Below are positions 8,056 through 17,373 of a DNA stretch of 32,000 nt, in pieces (positions within the stretch are counted from its first letter, which is position 1; each line of letters opens with the position of its first letter). Source of the stretch: Clostridium sp. OM02-18AC (GTDB lineage Bacteria > Bacillota > Clostridia > Lachnospirales > Lachnospiraceae); contig NZ_QULW01000027.1 in assembly GCF_003481825.1 (NCBI RefSeq), positions 9,737 to 41,736 on the forward strand, in the 5' to 3' direction. The position numbers and the translations under genes are program-made. Below the pieces are notes generated by a model, which was not told the origin of the DNA, searched no databases, and saw nothing but the letters and a program-made list of their open reading frames with translations.

Positions 8056-10197
8056 TTACAGCTTCATGGTCAATGCAATACGCTTCTTATTCAAGTCCAC
8101 GCTTAAGACCTTCACCTCGACAATATCACCAACACTGACTGCCTCCAGCGGATGCTTGATATAGCGCTCCGTCATCTGGGAAATGTGCACCAGACCATCC
8201 TGATGAACGCCGATATCCACAAAGGCACCAAAGTCAATGACATTGCGCACGGTTCCCTTTAATACCATACCCGGCTTCAGGTCCTTCATTTCCAATACAT
8301 CCGTGCGCAGGATCGGCTTTGGCATCTCCTCGCGCGGGTCTCTCGCCGGTTTTTCCAGTTCTTTTACAATATCCTTTAAGGTGATCTCACCCAGACCCAG
8401 CTCCTCTGCCAGCCCCTTGCAGCCACGCACCTTTCTGCCAAGCTCTTTCAGACCGCCAGATACAATATCTTCTGCCTGATAGCCCAGCTTCTGGAGCAAC
8501 GCCTCAACCGCCTCGTAGCTTTCCGGATGTACGGAGGTCATGTCCAGAGGATTTGTGCCGCCGTTGATGCGCATGAAACCGGCGCACTGTTCAAATGCCT
8601 TCGGTCCCAGCTTTGCAACCTTTAACAGCTGCTTCCGGTTTGTGAATACGCCGTTTTCTTCGCGATAAGCTACAATGTTCTTTGCGATGGTTTTGGTCAC
8701 ACCGGAAATGTACTCCAGAAGAGATGCAGATGCGGTATTTAAATCCACACCAACCCGGTTTACACAGTCTTCCACAACGCCCTGCAGCGTTTCACTTAAG
8801 TTTTTCTGGTTCATATCGTGCTGGTACTGACCAACACCGATGGATTTTGGATCGATCTTAACCAGCTCTGCCAGCGGGTCCTGCAGTCTTCTTGCGATGG
8901 ATGCCGCGCTTCGCTGTCCCACATCGAAGTTCGGGAACTCCTCCGTAGCAAGCTTGCTTGCCGAATATACGGATGCGCCTGCCTCATTGACGATCACATA
9001 CTGCACCTGCTGCGGAATCTCTTTGATCAGGTCTACAATGATCATCTCAGACTCACGGGATGCAGTTCCGTTTCCCACCGAAATCAGGGAAATGTTATAT
9101 TTTTTGATGAGATCCTTTACCACCTTCTTGGATTCCTCAACCTTATTCTGCGGTGCAGTCGGATAGATCACAGTTGTGTCCAGTACCTTTCCGGTCGCAT
9201 CCACAACAGCGAGCTTACAGCCGGTACGGAATGCCGGGTCCCAGCCCAGTACCACACGGCCTGCTACCGGCGGCTGCATCAGAAGCTGCTTTAAGTTCTT
9301 TCCAAAGACCTTGATCGCGCCTGCCTCTGCATTCTCCGTCAGGAAACTGCGGATCTCACGCTCAATGGCCGGTGCGATCAGACGGCGGTAGCTGTCCTCT
9401 GCCACTTCCTTTAATACCGGGGTTGTATACGGGTTGTCCTGTGTGATCACCTGTTTTTCCAGATAACGCAGAATGGTTTCCTCCGGTGCATCGACCTTAA
9501 CCGTCAGGACTTTTTCTTTCTCGCCGCGGTTTAAAGCCAGGACACGGTGTCCCGCACACTTTTTCACCGGCTCCTCGTACTGATAATACATCTCGTATAC
9601 CGATTCCGCTTTTTCATCCTTGGCCTGGGAACGAATCATACCCTGCTCCATGGTAGCCTGACGAATGTAGGTACGGTAATCCGCCTGGTCGGAGATGCGC
9701 TCCGCAATGATATCCTTTGCGCCCGCCAGCGCATCGGCAGCCGTCGGCACTTCATTTTCTTCGGACACATAGTTTTCAGCAAGCTTCTCCACCGGCTCCT
9801 TCACCTGCTGAAGCAAGATCAGGTCTGCAAGCGGCTCCAGTCCACGTTCTTTCGCGATCATGGCACGGGTACGGCGTTTCGGGCGGTACGGACGGTACAG
9901 ATCCTCGAGCGCTACCATGGTCATCGCATCCTGGATCTGTTTTTCCAGCTCCGGTGTCAGCTTTTCCTGATCGCGGATGGAAGAAAGAACCTGGTTCTTC
10001 TTTTCTTCCAGATTGCGCAGGTAACGCAGACGTTCATCCAGATTACGAAGCACCTCGTCGTTTAACGATCCGGTTGCCTCTTTCCGGTAGCGGGCAATGA
10101 AGGGAATGGTATTTCCCTCATCGATCAGCTGGACGGCTGCCTCCACCTGCTTATATCCGATCTGCAGTTCCTCCTGCAATGTTTTCAAAATATCCAT
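8056..10197 (-). CDS. tex: Tex-like transcription accessory protein with C-terminal S1 RNA-binding domain
   Basis: 713 aa. The N-terminus contains IPFIARYRKE, followed by a YqgF/HhH core and a C-terminal S1 domain (GTVRNVIDFGAFVDIG...GLVHISQM). Confidence 0.93.
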   Translation of the reverse strand: MDILKTLQEELQIGYKQVEAAVQLIDEGNTIPFIARYRKEATGSLNDEVLRNLDERLRYLRNLEEKKNQVLSSIRDQEKLTPELEKQIQDAMTMVALEDLYRPYRPKRRTRAMIAKERGLEPLADLILLQQVKEPVEKLAENYVSEENEVPTAADALAGAKDIIAERISDQADYRTYIRQATMEQGMIRSQAKDEKAESVYEMYYQYEEPVKKCAGHRVLALNRGEKEKVLTVKVDAPEETILRYLEKQVITQDNPYTTPVLKEVAEDSYRRLIAPAIEREIRSFLTENAEAGAIKVFGKNLKQLLMQPPVAGRVVLGWDPAFRTGCKLAVVDATGKVLDTTVIYPTAPQNKVEESKKVVKDLIKKYNISLISVGNGTASRESEMIIVDLIKEIPQQVQYVIVNEAGASVYSASKLATEEFPNFDVGQRSAASIARRLQDPLAELVKIDPKSIGVGQYQHDMNQKNLSETLQGVVEDCVNRVGVDLNTASASLLEYISGVTKTIAKNIVAYREENGVFTNRKQLLKVAKLGPKAFEQCAGFMRINGGTNPLDMTSVHPESYEAVEALLQKLGYQAEDIVSGGLKELGRKVRGCKGLAEELGLGEITLKDIVKELEKPARDPREEMPKPILRTDVLEMKDLKPGMVLKGTVRNVIDFGAFVDIGVHQDGLVHISQMTERYIKHPLEAVSVGDIVEVKVLSVDLNKKRIALTMKL

Positions 10198-10319
10198 CTA
10201 ATGTAAAGCTCCTTTGTTTTCAAACTGTAGCAGCTGTTCACACAGGCTTTGCCTGAAAACCGCTGCAAACTGTACCCCTCATTATAATCGATAAGCGGAT
10301 GGTTCGCAAGTTGTTCTGC

Positions 10320-10372
10320 CAGAACTGCATCATACTGGATTTCCAGTTCAGAAAATCCCTGCCTGTAAACAG
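10320..10372. repeat. Dispersed intergenic hairpin repeat, copy 1
   Basis: The sequence is cagaactgcatcatactGGATTTCCagttcaGAAAATCCctgcctgtaaacag. It shares an exact 16-mer (gaaaatccctgcctgt, 10351-10366) with copy 2. It also shares a 20/23 match (cagaactg.atca.ac.ggattt) with 20615-20637. Confidence 0.7.
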
Positions 10373-10380
10373 TAACTACT

Positions 10381-10406
10381 CCGCAGCATCATACCGCAGC
10401 ATCATA
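10381..10406. repeat. Perfect tandem duplication of a 13-mer (CCGCAGCATCATA x2)
   Basis: Positions 10381-10393 equal 10394-10406 exactly. The second copy contributes one arm of an 11-bp inverted repeat with 10439-10449. Confidence 0.9.
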
Positions 10407-10419
10407 ACACAATTCCACC

Positions 10420-10448
10420 TTGAGGCTTTGTTCTTTTCGTGTTATGAT
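10420..10448 (+). promoter_or_regulatory. Candidate sigma-A promoter of the DUF4190-like gene
   Basis: TTGAGG (10420-10425), a 17-nt spacer, then TATGAT (10443-10448), about 45 nt upstream of the ATG. Confidence 0.4.
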
Positions 10449-10492
10449 GGGGAATAGCTGTATTTTTATCTATACTTACGGAGGAATTTTAC

Positions 10493-10843
10493 ATGGAACA
10501 GAATACCGGAGCCAAGCGCCCCGCCCCTAATAGACTCGCCTTGGTCAGCCTTCTGCTGGGTATTTCCGGGATCTTAAGCTGGTTTTACCCACCACTGCAG
10601 ATCATCTTTGGTGCTTCTGCTGCCTTGACTGCATGGCTCTCCCGGAGAGACCGCCGTTTTACCGGAGCCGGAATTGCAGGATTCGTCATCGGGATCTTCT
10701 GCATTTTCCTGAGTTTTTTTATCTTTTTCCAGTATATGCTGGTCTACAATGTCGCTCAAGACCCAGCCAACTCTGAACTCATCCGCCAGGTCTACCACCA
10801 GGCGCAGGAAATTCTAAACAGTGTAGCACCTGCGGCACAGTAA
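10493..10843 (+). CDS. Small integral membrane protein (DUF4190-like)
   Basis: 116 aa with two or three hydrophobic helices and a good RBS (GGAGGAA). It is the only plus-strand gene in the first 17 kb. Confidence 0.7.
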   Translation: MEQNTGAKRPAPNRLALVSLLLGISGILSWFYPPLQIIFGASAALTAWLSRRDRRFTGAGIAGFVIGIFCIFLSFFIFFQYMLVYNVAQDPANSELIRQVYHQAQEILNSVAPAAQ

Positions 10844-10863
10844 ACCATATTTTTAACGTATGA

Positions 10864-10908
10864 GGACCGTGGAAGCTGCCTTTGGCAACTTCCACGGTCC
10901 ATTCTTTT
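10864..10908. terminator. Bidirectional rho-independent terminator between convergent genes
   Basis: Perfect 12-bp stem ggaccgtggaag (10864-10875) / cttccacggtcc (10889-10900), followed by attctttt. Confidence 0.75.
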
Positions 10909-10927
10909 ACGCCCAAATTATTATTTT

Positions 10928-12154
10928 TTAAAACTCTGCCCGGATTCTCTGGCAGATCTTCGCGGTCTTTTCCAGCGCTGCAGCACAGTCTGCATATGCT
11001 GCTTCACTCATCTCACCGGTCAGGAGTGCAAACTCGTCGCTTAAGCTGTCCAACTTTACGACTTCTGCATTTCCAAATGCAGCAGCGGCAGCTTTCTCGA
11101 GTTCTGCTCCAGTTCCCTCTACGCGTACAAAATAACGATGTACAGAGGTTTTCTGGTCTGCAATCGCGAGGCGCTCGCTGCTCCAGCCAAGCACTACATG
11201 ATGGTCTGCGTTCTCGACTGCTTCCATAATGTCTGCGATGACTGCACTGGCAGTCGGCAGTTTGCCTGCACCACTACCATAGAACATCGCGGTTCCAAGC
11301 ATATTTCCTTTTACCATGATTCCGTTGAATACATCATTCACAGCATACAGCGGATGGTCTTTTCCGATCATAACCGGTGCTACCCAGGCATGAACCTCTT
11401 CTCCGTCCATGCGGCTGGTTCCAAACAGCTTCACAGAGGTTCCAAGCTTGTCTGCATACTTGAAGTCCACATCGGTGATTTTGGTAATCCCTTCTGTGCT
11501 GATGTCCTCGTAGTTTACTTCTTTTCCTGTTGCCATCGCCGTGAGGATCGCGATCTTACGGCAGGTATCGTATCCTTCTACATCTGCTTCCGGGTTACGC
11601 TCTGCATAACCAAGCGCCTGAGCCTCTTTTAAGACTGTCTCAAAGGATGCACCCTCTTTGCCCATCTTGGTCAGGATATAGTTGGTAGTACCGTTTAAGA
11701 TACCGGTGATCTCTACGATCTTCTCACCCTTTAAGCAGCGGTACAGCGGACGGATGATCGGGATGCCGCCGCCGACACTTGCCTCAAAGAAGAAATTTAC
11801 ATTCTTTTCTTTTGCAATGGCAAGAAGCTCGGTTCCGTATGCTGCCACCAGTGCCTTATTGGAAGTTACGACATGTTTGCCTGCTAAAAGACTTGCCTTA
11901 ACAAACGGGTATGCCGGATTTAAGCCCCCCATGGTCTCTACTACCACACTGACTTCCGGATCCTGCTCGATCACCTGAAAATCATGCACGATCTTATCTT
12001 CTACCGGACTTCCCGGGAAATCTCTTAAATCCAGGACATATTTCAGTGCTACATCCTGTCCGCAGCCTTTTTTGATCTGATCCGCATTTTGATCTAAAAT
12101 CTCTGTCACGCCGGAACCGATTGTGCCATATCCCATGATTGCTACCTGTACCAT
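10928..12154 (-). CDS. hom: Homoserine dehydrogenase
   Basis: 408 aa. It has the N-terminal NAD-binding motif (VAIMGYGTIGSG), the catalytic core and a C-terminal ACT-like region. Confidence 0.93.
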   Translation of the reverse strand: MVQVAIMGYGTIGSGVTEILDQNADQIKKGCGQDVALKYVLDLRDFPGSPVEDKIVHDFQVIEQDPEVSVVVETMGGLNPAYPFVKASLLAGKHVVTSNKALVAAYGTELLAIAKEKNVNFFFEASVGGGIPIIRPLYRCLKGEKIVEITGILNGTTNYILTKMGKEGASFETVLKEAQALGYAERNPEADVEGYDTCRKIAILTAMATGKEVNYEDISTEGITKITDVDFKYADKLGTSVKLFGTSRMDGEEVHAWVAPVMIGKDHPLYAVNDVFNGIMVKGNMLGTAMFYGSGAGKLPTASAVIADIMEAVENADHHVVLGWSSERLAIADQKTSVHRYFVRVEGTGAELEKAAAAAFGNAEVVKLDSLSDEFALLTGEMSEAAYADCAAALEKTAKICQRIRAEF

Positions 12155-12277
12155 TGCTCCGTCCTCACTTTTCTTTTACTTATATTTTAAGACAGTTTCG
12201 CATTGCTGTCATCCTCTGCTTTCTGTCCAGCTATCGCTTTTGTGATTCCTGTTCACACGCTGCGCAAACAGCCGCTT

Positions 12278-12724
12278 TTATTCTCTCGCAAGAATCTTCA
12301 CATAGTGAATGCCGTCCTGATCCTCGATCTCTTCCACCATCTTGGAAACATTGCCGGTATTGTCTTTTACCTCCACCGACAAGGTTAATGTCGCTACACC
12401 ATTGACCGGAATACTCTGATGAATCGTCAGGATATTCGCTTTGTAAACTGCTACGATATGAAGCAGGTCCGAAAGCAGTCCCTGTTCATCGTCCATCTGC
12501 ACCACAAAGGTTACCGTCTTGCCTTTGGTGTTATCATAAAACGGAAAAATGTCTTCTTTGTATTTGTAAAAAGAACTGCGGCTGATGCCTACCCGCTCTG
12601 TTGCCTCCTGCACGGTTAACACACGCTCGGACTCCAGAAGCTTCTTGGCCTCCACCACCTTCAGCAGCACCTCCGGTACCGCCTTCTGTTTTACCACAAA
12701 ATATTTGCTTTTCTCTTCTGGCAT
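12278..12724 (-). CDS. ACT domain-containing protein (UPF0735/PheB-like) with N-terminal HTH
   Basis: I prefer the start MPEEKSKYFVV at 12724, preceded by AGGAGGAG. An HTH-like segment (TVQEATERVGISRSSFYKYK) is followed by an ACT fold. Confidence 0.8.
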   Translation of the reverse strand: MPEEKSKYFVVKQKAVPEVLLKVVEAKKLLESERVLTVQEATERVGISRSSFYKYKEDIFPFYDNTKGKTVTFVVQMDDEQGLLSDLLHIVAVYKANILTIHQSIPVNGVATLTLSVEVKDNTGNVSKMVEEIEDQDGIHYVKILARE

Positions 12725-12795
12725 AACAACTCCTCCTGCGCACTCTCCATGTTCGTCCACTATGAACATTTGTGCTCATGTGGAAGATATTAGCA

Positions 12796-12840
12796 CAAAA
12801 AAAGGCAGAGTGCAAGCATTTTCTCGCATACACTCTGCTT
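12796..12840 (-). terminator. Rho-independent terminator after prfB
   Basis: The minus strand reads GCAGAGTGtatgcgagaaaatgcttgCACTCTGCCttttttt, a 9-bp stem plus a T7 tract. Confidence 0.75.
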
Positions 12841-12882
12841 TCCCGTTTTAATTGTTCCTGTTCACGCATGCGTGCCCTGCAA

Positions 12883-12918
12883 CTGGATTTTCTGAACGGA
12901 AAATCCCTGCCTGTGAGC
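12883..12918. repeat. Dispersed intergenic hairpin repeat, copy 2
   Basis: The sequence is actGGATTTTCtgaacgGAAAATCCctgcctgtgagc. It forms a perfect 8-bp stem (12885-12892 / 12899-12906). The 16-mer at 12899-12914 is identical to 10351-10366. Confidence 0.7.
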
Positions 12919-12926
12919 CTTAACGC

Positions 12927-14064
12927 TTAGTCGTCCGCAGATGCCTTACGGTCCGGGCATCCCAGGCTCAGCCAGCGCAGGTAGGCACTGATAAACGGGT
13001 CCAGCCCGCCATCCAGGACATTTGCCACGTTTCCGGTTTCTTCCCCGGTACGCAGATCCTTGACCATGGTGTATGGCTGAAGAACATAGGAACGGATCTG
13101 GTTGCCCCAGCCGATTTCTTTGACATCACCGCGGATATCAGAAAGCTTCTCTGCATTTTCCTGCTGCTTGAGCATATACAGCTTCGCCTTTAACATCTGC
13201 ATGGCTTTGTCTTTATTCTGGAACTGGGAACGCTCATTCTGGCACTGTACCACGATTCCGGTCGGAATATGGGTGATACGGATAGCAGAAGAAGTCTTGT
13301 TGATGTGCTGTCCACCGGCACCACTGGAACGGTAGGTATCGATCCGCAGATCGTCCGGATTGATCTCAACATCCAGGTCCTCTTCAATATCCGGCATGAC
13401 ATCACAGGATACGAAAGAAGTCTGGCGCTTTCCTGCTGCATTGAACGGAGAAATGCGCACCAGACGGTGTACACCGCGTTCGGATTTCAGGTATCCAAAC
13501 GCATTCTCGCCATTGATCTGGATGGTCACAGACTTAATGCCCGCTTCATCGCCGTCCAGATAATCCAGGACCTCGGTTTTATACCCCATCTTGTCTGCCC
13601 AGCGGCAGTACATCCGGTACAGCATACTGCACCAGTCACAGGACTCCGTTCCGCCTGCACCTGCATTCAGGCGCAGAATGGCATTGTATTTGTCGTATTC
13701 CCCTGACAGCAATGTCTCCATACGGAGTTTTTCCAGATTGCGCTGGAACTCATCCAACATTTCCTGGATCTCCGGGATCAGGGAAGGGTCCTCCTCCTCG
13801 TAGCCCATCTCGATCATCACCTGGATGTCTTCATACTGCTGTTCCAGACCACGGTAGAGCTCTACGGTATCCTTTAAGTTCTTCGCCTCCTGCACCAGCT
13901 TGGTGGCGCGGTCCGCGTCGTCCCAGAACCCCGGCTCCTCCATGGATTTATCTAATTCATCGATTCGTCTGACCTTGTTATCCAGGTCAAAGTGAATCCC
14001 TCACTTCCACTAATGGTTTTTCAAAGGTCGATAATGTGTACTTGAACTGATCTAATTCTACCAT
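12927..14064 (-). CDS. prfB: Peptide chain release factor 2, requiring a programmed +1 frameshift
   Basis: Frame 0 (14064-13990) encodes MVELDQFKYTLSTFEKPLVEVRDSL and then hits TGA at 13989-13987. The +1 frame from 13988 continues DLDNKVRRIDELDKSMEEPGFWDD... into the 338-aa track ORF, which carries the SPF and GGQ motifs (ISPFN, SSGAGGQHINK). An RBS (GAAGGTGA) precedes the ATG. Confidence 0.93.
13986..14005 (-). promoter_or_regulatory. RF2 autoregulatory +1 frameshift site (SD-like element plus CTT TGA C)
   Basis: The minus strand reads GTGAGGGATTCA CTT TGA C. CTT is at 13992-13990, TGA at 13989-13987 and C at 13986. A purine-rich SD-like GAGGGA lies a few nt upstream. Confidence 0.9.
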
Positions 14065-14098
14065 TGTGTCACCTTCTTTCATATTTATATTTTTTGCA

Positions 14099-14137
14099 AT
14101 GACCGGCGCATTCCAAAAAGGAACATCCGCCGGTCAT
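14099..14137 (-). other. Stem-loop in the secA-prfB spacer
   Basis: Perfect 10-bp inverted repeat atgaccggcg (14099-14108) / cgccggtcat (14128-14137). No T-tract follows on the minus strand, so it is probably not a full terminator. Confidence 0.5.
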
Positions 14138-14160
14138 AACGGTTTTTATCTCATTTTCTG

Positions 14161-16737
14161 CTATCTCGGCATCAGATCACGGCCATGACACTGTTTGAAC
14201 TTCTTGCCGCTTCCGCACGGGCACGGATCGTTCGGGTAGATTTTCTGTACCTGACGTACCTTCGGTGCACGCGGTGCAGAATCGTCACGGTTGGTTCCGG
14301 TTACCTTTGCTGCCGGCTCACGCTCGATTTTCTGCTCAACACGGATGTGGAACAGGATGCGGACGGTCTCCTCGGTGATGGCTGCAGTCATTGCCTCAAA
14401 CATCTCGTAAGCACTCATCTTGTACTCAACAACCGGATCTCTCTGGCCGTAAGCCTGCAGACCGATACCCTGACGCAGCTGGTCCATATCGTCGATGTGG
14501 CTCATCCACTTATTGTCAATGACTTTCAGAAGGACTACGCGCTCCAGCTCACGGATCTGCTCTGCCTCCTGGAACTCAGCCTCTTTCGCCTCGTAAAGCT
14601 TGATCGCCTCTTCTTTCAGCATGTGCTTTAATTCATTCTTCTTGGTCACCGGATGATTCTCTGCGGTGATGGTCTCAAGCGGAATGATCGGAAGCAGAAG
14701 GCTGTTTAATTCATTCAAATCCCAGTCAGAGGATGCCTGGTCATCGGAGATGGACAGGTCTACGGAATTCTCGACAATGTCGGTGATCATCTTTAAGATC
14801 AGGTCACGCATGTTGTCGCCATCCAGAACCTTGCGGCGCTCTGCGTAGATGATCTCACGCTGCTCGTTGTTAACCTCATCATATTTTAAGAGATTCTCAC
14901 GGATACCGTAGTTGTTGTTCTCGATCTTCATCTGTGCTTTCTCGATCGCGCTGGAAAGCATCTTGTGCTCGATCTGCTCACCCTCCGGAACGCCCAGAGC
15001 CTCAAACATAGCCATAAGACGCTCAGAACCGAACAGACGCATCAGATCGTCCTCAAGGGAAATATAGAAGCGGGACTCACCCGGGTCACCCTGACGTCCG
15101 GAACGGCCACGCAGCTGGTTGTCGATACGGCGGGATTCATGACGCTCGGTACCAATGACCTTTAAGCCGCCTGCTGCCTTTGCCTCATCATCCAGCTTGA
15201 TATCGGTACCACGACCAGCCATGTTGGTCGCGATGGTAACGGCACCGTGAATACCTGCATCTGCCACGATCTCAGCCTCGAGTTCATGGAACTTCGCGTT
15301 CAGGACTTTATGCTGGATGCCGCGCTTGGTCAGCATCTTGCTGAGAAGTTCGGAAGTCTCGATGGTGATGGTACCAACCAGCACCGGCTGTCCCTTCTCG
15401 TGGGAAGCCACTACATCGTTGACAACTGCCTCAAATTTTTCTTTTTTCGTCTTGTATACAGCATCCTCATGGTCGATACGCGCAACTGGACGGTTGGTCG
15501 GGATTGCGATCGCATCCATGCCGTACGTATTACGGAACTCCTTCTCCTCGGTCAGCGCAGTACCGGTCATACCTGCTTTCTTGCGGAACTTATTGAAGAA
15601 GTTCTGGAAAGTGATGGTTGCCAGAGTCTTGCTCTCGCGGCGTACATTGACATGCTCCTTCGCCTCGATTGCCTGGTGCAGACCATCGGAATAACGGCGG
15701 CCCGGCATGATACGTCCGGTAAACTCATCGACAATGAGTACCTCGTCGTCTTTTACCACGTAATCCTTATCGCGGAACATCAAGTAATTCGCGCGCAGGG
15801 CAAGAATAATATTGTGCTGGATCTCCAGGTTTTCCGGATCTGCCAGGTTCTCAATATGGAAGAACTGCTCTACCTTCTTGACACCCTCTTCGGTTAAGTT
15901 TACAACTTTATCTTTTTCATTTACTACGAAATCACCAGTCTCCTCGATGTCCTCACCCATGATCGCGTTCATCTTGGTGAACTCGCCGGATGCCTCACCG
16001 CGTACCAGCTGGTGAGCAAGCACGTCGCAGACCTCGTAGAGCTTGGTGGACTTGCCGCTCTGACCGGAAATGATCAGCGGGGTTCTTGCTTCATCGATCA
16101 GGACAGAGTCCACCTCATCGATGATGGCATAGTCCAGATTTCTGAGTACCATCTGATCCTTGTAGATGGCCATGTTGTCACGCAGGTAATCAAATCCCAG
16201 CTCGTTGTTGGTAACGTAGGTGATGTCGCAGTTGTATGCAGCCTTACGTTCCTCAGAGGTCATCGGGTTTAATACCACGCCGACAGTCAGGCCCAGGAAA
16301 CGGTGAACCTGTCCCATCCACTCTGCATCTCGCTTTGCCAGGTAGTCATTGACGGTTACGATGTGAACGCCCTTTCCTGCCAGTGCATTTAAGTATGCCG
16401 GAGAGGTGGAAACCAGAGTCTTACCTTCACCGGTTCTCATCTCAGCGATACGACCCTGATGCAGCACGATACCACCAATGAGCTGCACCGGATAATGCTC
16501 CATGTTCAGCACACGCTTTGCAGCCTCACGTACCGTAGCGAATGCCTCCGGAAGAATATCGTCCAGGGTCTCACCGTTTGCCAGGCGCTCCTTGAAGATA
16601 CGGGTATTGTCGCGCAGTTCCTCATCGGTCTTTGCCTGCATGGTCGGGCGCAGTGCCTCAATCTTGTCCACGATCGGATAGATCATCTTCAGTTCCCGCT
16701 CACTGTGGGTACCAAATACTTTTTCTATGAGATTCAT
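14161..16737 (-). CDS. secA: Preprotein translocase ATPase SecA
   Basis: I prefer the start [17 protein letters not shown] at 16737, with RBS AGGAGAAAG. It has the DEAD-like motor motifs and the C-terminal zinc finger [14 protein letters not shown]. Confidence 0.95.
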   Translation of the reverse strand: MNLIEKVFGTHSERELKMIYPIVDKIEALRPTMQAKTDEELRDNTRIFKERLANGETLDDILPEAFATVREAAKRVLNMEHYPVQLIGGIVLHQGRIAEMRTGEGKTLVSTSPAYLNALAGKGVHIVTVNDYLAKRDAEWMGQVHRFLGLTVGVVLNPMTSEERKAAYNCDITYVTNNELGFDYLRDNMAIYKDQMVLRNLDYAIIDEVDSVLIDEARTPLIISGQSGKSTKLYEVCDVLAHQLVRGEASGEFTKMNAIMGEDIEETGDFVVNEKDKVVNLTEEGVKKVEQFFHIENLADPENLEIQHNIILALRANYLMFRDKDYVVKDDEVLIVDEFTGRIMPGRRYSDGLHQAIEAKEHVNVRRESKTLATITFQNFFNKFRKKAGMTGTALTEEKEFRNTYGMDAIAIPTNRPVARIDHEDAVYKTKKEKFEAVVNDVVASHEKGQPVLVGTITIETSELLSKMLTKRGIQHKVLNAKFHELEAEIVADAGIHGAVTIATNMAGRGTDIKLDDEAKAAGGLKVIGTERHESRRIDNQLRGRSGRQGDPGESRFYISLEDDLMRLFGSERLMAMFEALGVPEGEQIEHKMLSSAIEKAQMKIENNNYGIRENLLKYDEVNNEQREIIYAERRKVLDGDNMRDLILKMITDIVENSVDLSISDDQASSDWDLNELNSLLLPIIPLETITAENHPVTKKNELKHMLKEEAIKLYEAKEAEFQEAEQIRELERVVLLKVIDNKWMSHIDDMDQLRQGIGLQAYGQRDPVVEYKMSAYEMFEAMTAAITEETVRILFHIRVEQKIEREPAAKVTGTNRDDSAPRAPKVRQVQKIYPNDPCPCGSGKKFKQCHGRDLMPR

Positions 16738-16805
16738 ATAATTCTTTCTCCTAAACTTTCTTTGTTTCGTCTGTCTCGTTCCTATTATTATAGTCAATCT
16801 TTGAT

Positions 16806-16834
16806 ATTGTACCACCTTCCCCTGATTTATTCAA
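16806..16834 (-). promoter_or_regulatory. Candidate sigma-A promoter of secA-prfB
   Basis: The minus strand has TTGAAT (16834-16829), a 17-nt spacer and an extended -10, TGgTACAAT (TACAAT at 16811-16806). Confidence 0.5.
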
Positions 16835-16992
16835 GTTTTCCCCTTCTTGTTCACAAAAAATTTACCTTCTGCTTACTTTTTCTTTCGGAATCCTCATAAA
16901 ATCACCTGGATTGACCTGCTGCGGCGAATCCGGGTCCTGTAAAATTATGGTAAACTTGTCAGGTTGCACAAAAAACATGTTCGATTCACAAC

Positions 16993-17255
16993 TTATCCAC
17001 TTTATCCACAATATCCACGAAAAATGCATCCACATCTCATTTCCTTGATTTTCAGCCAAAAATGAGTTATGCACCAAGTTATCCACATTATCCACAAAGT
17101 TTTCCCACATTTTTCTGTTCTTTTCTGACGGAAAAAAATAGGTTTTTCTTTGTTCATATCTCATAAATCCACTGTTTAAGCCAAAAAATAAAGGAAAACC
17201 TCTTGACTTTTCTACATTTCCAAAGGTAGGAATGCAATTTATATTTTGTGGATAA
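16993..17255. promoter_or_regulatory. DnaA-box cluster (4 perfect and 5 near-consensus TTATCCACA boxes)
   Basis: Perfect boxes lie at 17002-17010, 17079-17087 and 17088-17096 on the plus strand, and at 17247-17255 as TGTGGATAA. Variants matching 7-8 of 9 positions lie at 16993-17001, 17011-17019, 17026-17034, 17067-17075 and 17101-17109. Confidence 0.8.
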
Positions 17256-17312
17256 AGTATTCGTTTTTATATTTCATTCGCAATAATTGTCTCAACAATT
17301 TCCCGTTTTTAG

Positions 17313-17341
17313 TTGAATTTTTCGGTTTTATATGTTATACT
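17313..17341 (+). promoter_or_regulatory. Candidate sigma-A promoter of hpf
   Basis: TTGAAT (17313-17318), a 17-nt spacer, then TATACT (17336-17341), about 30 nt upstream of the hpf ATG. Confidence 0.5.
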
Positions 17342-17373
17342 TAGGACATCTCAAAAGAAGGAGCTGATGACTT

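Noticed and set aside
16862-17164. 100-aa minus-strand ORF covering the DnaA-box array
   Set aside because: It has no SD sequence before its ATG. Its odd repeats (VDNVDN, WILWIKWIS) are simply translated DnaA boxes. The region is better explained as non-coding regulatory DNA.
17256-17345. AT-rich tract after the inverted DnaA box read as a DNA-unwinding element with DnaA-trios
   Set aside because: The tract also contains a good hpf promoter (TTGAAT-17-TATACT). I could not identify a convincing run of trinucleotide trios or 13-mer-like repeats, so the DUE interpretation is left as a hypothesis within the DnaA-box finding.
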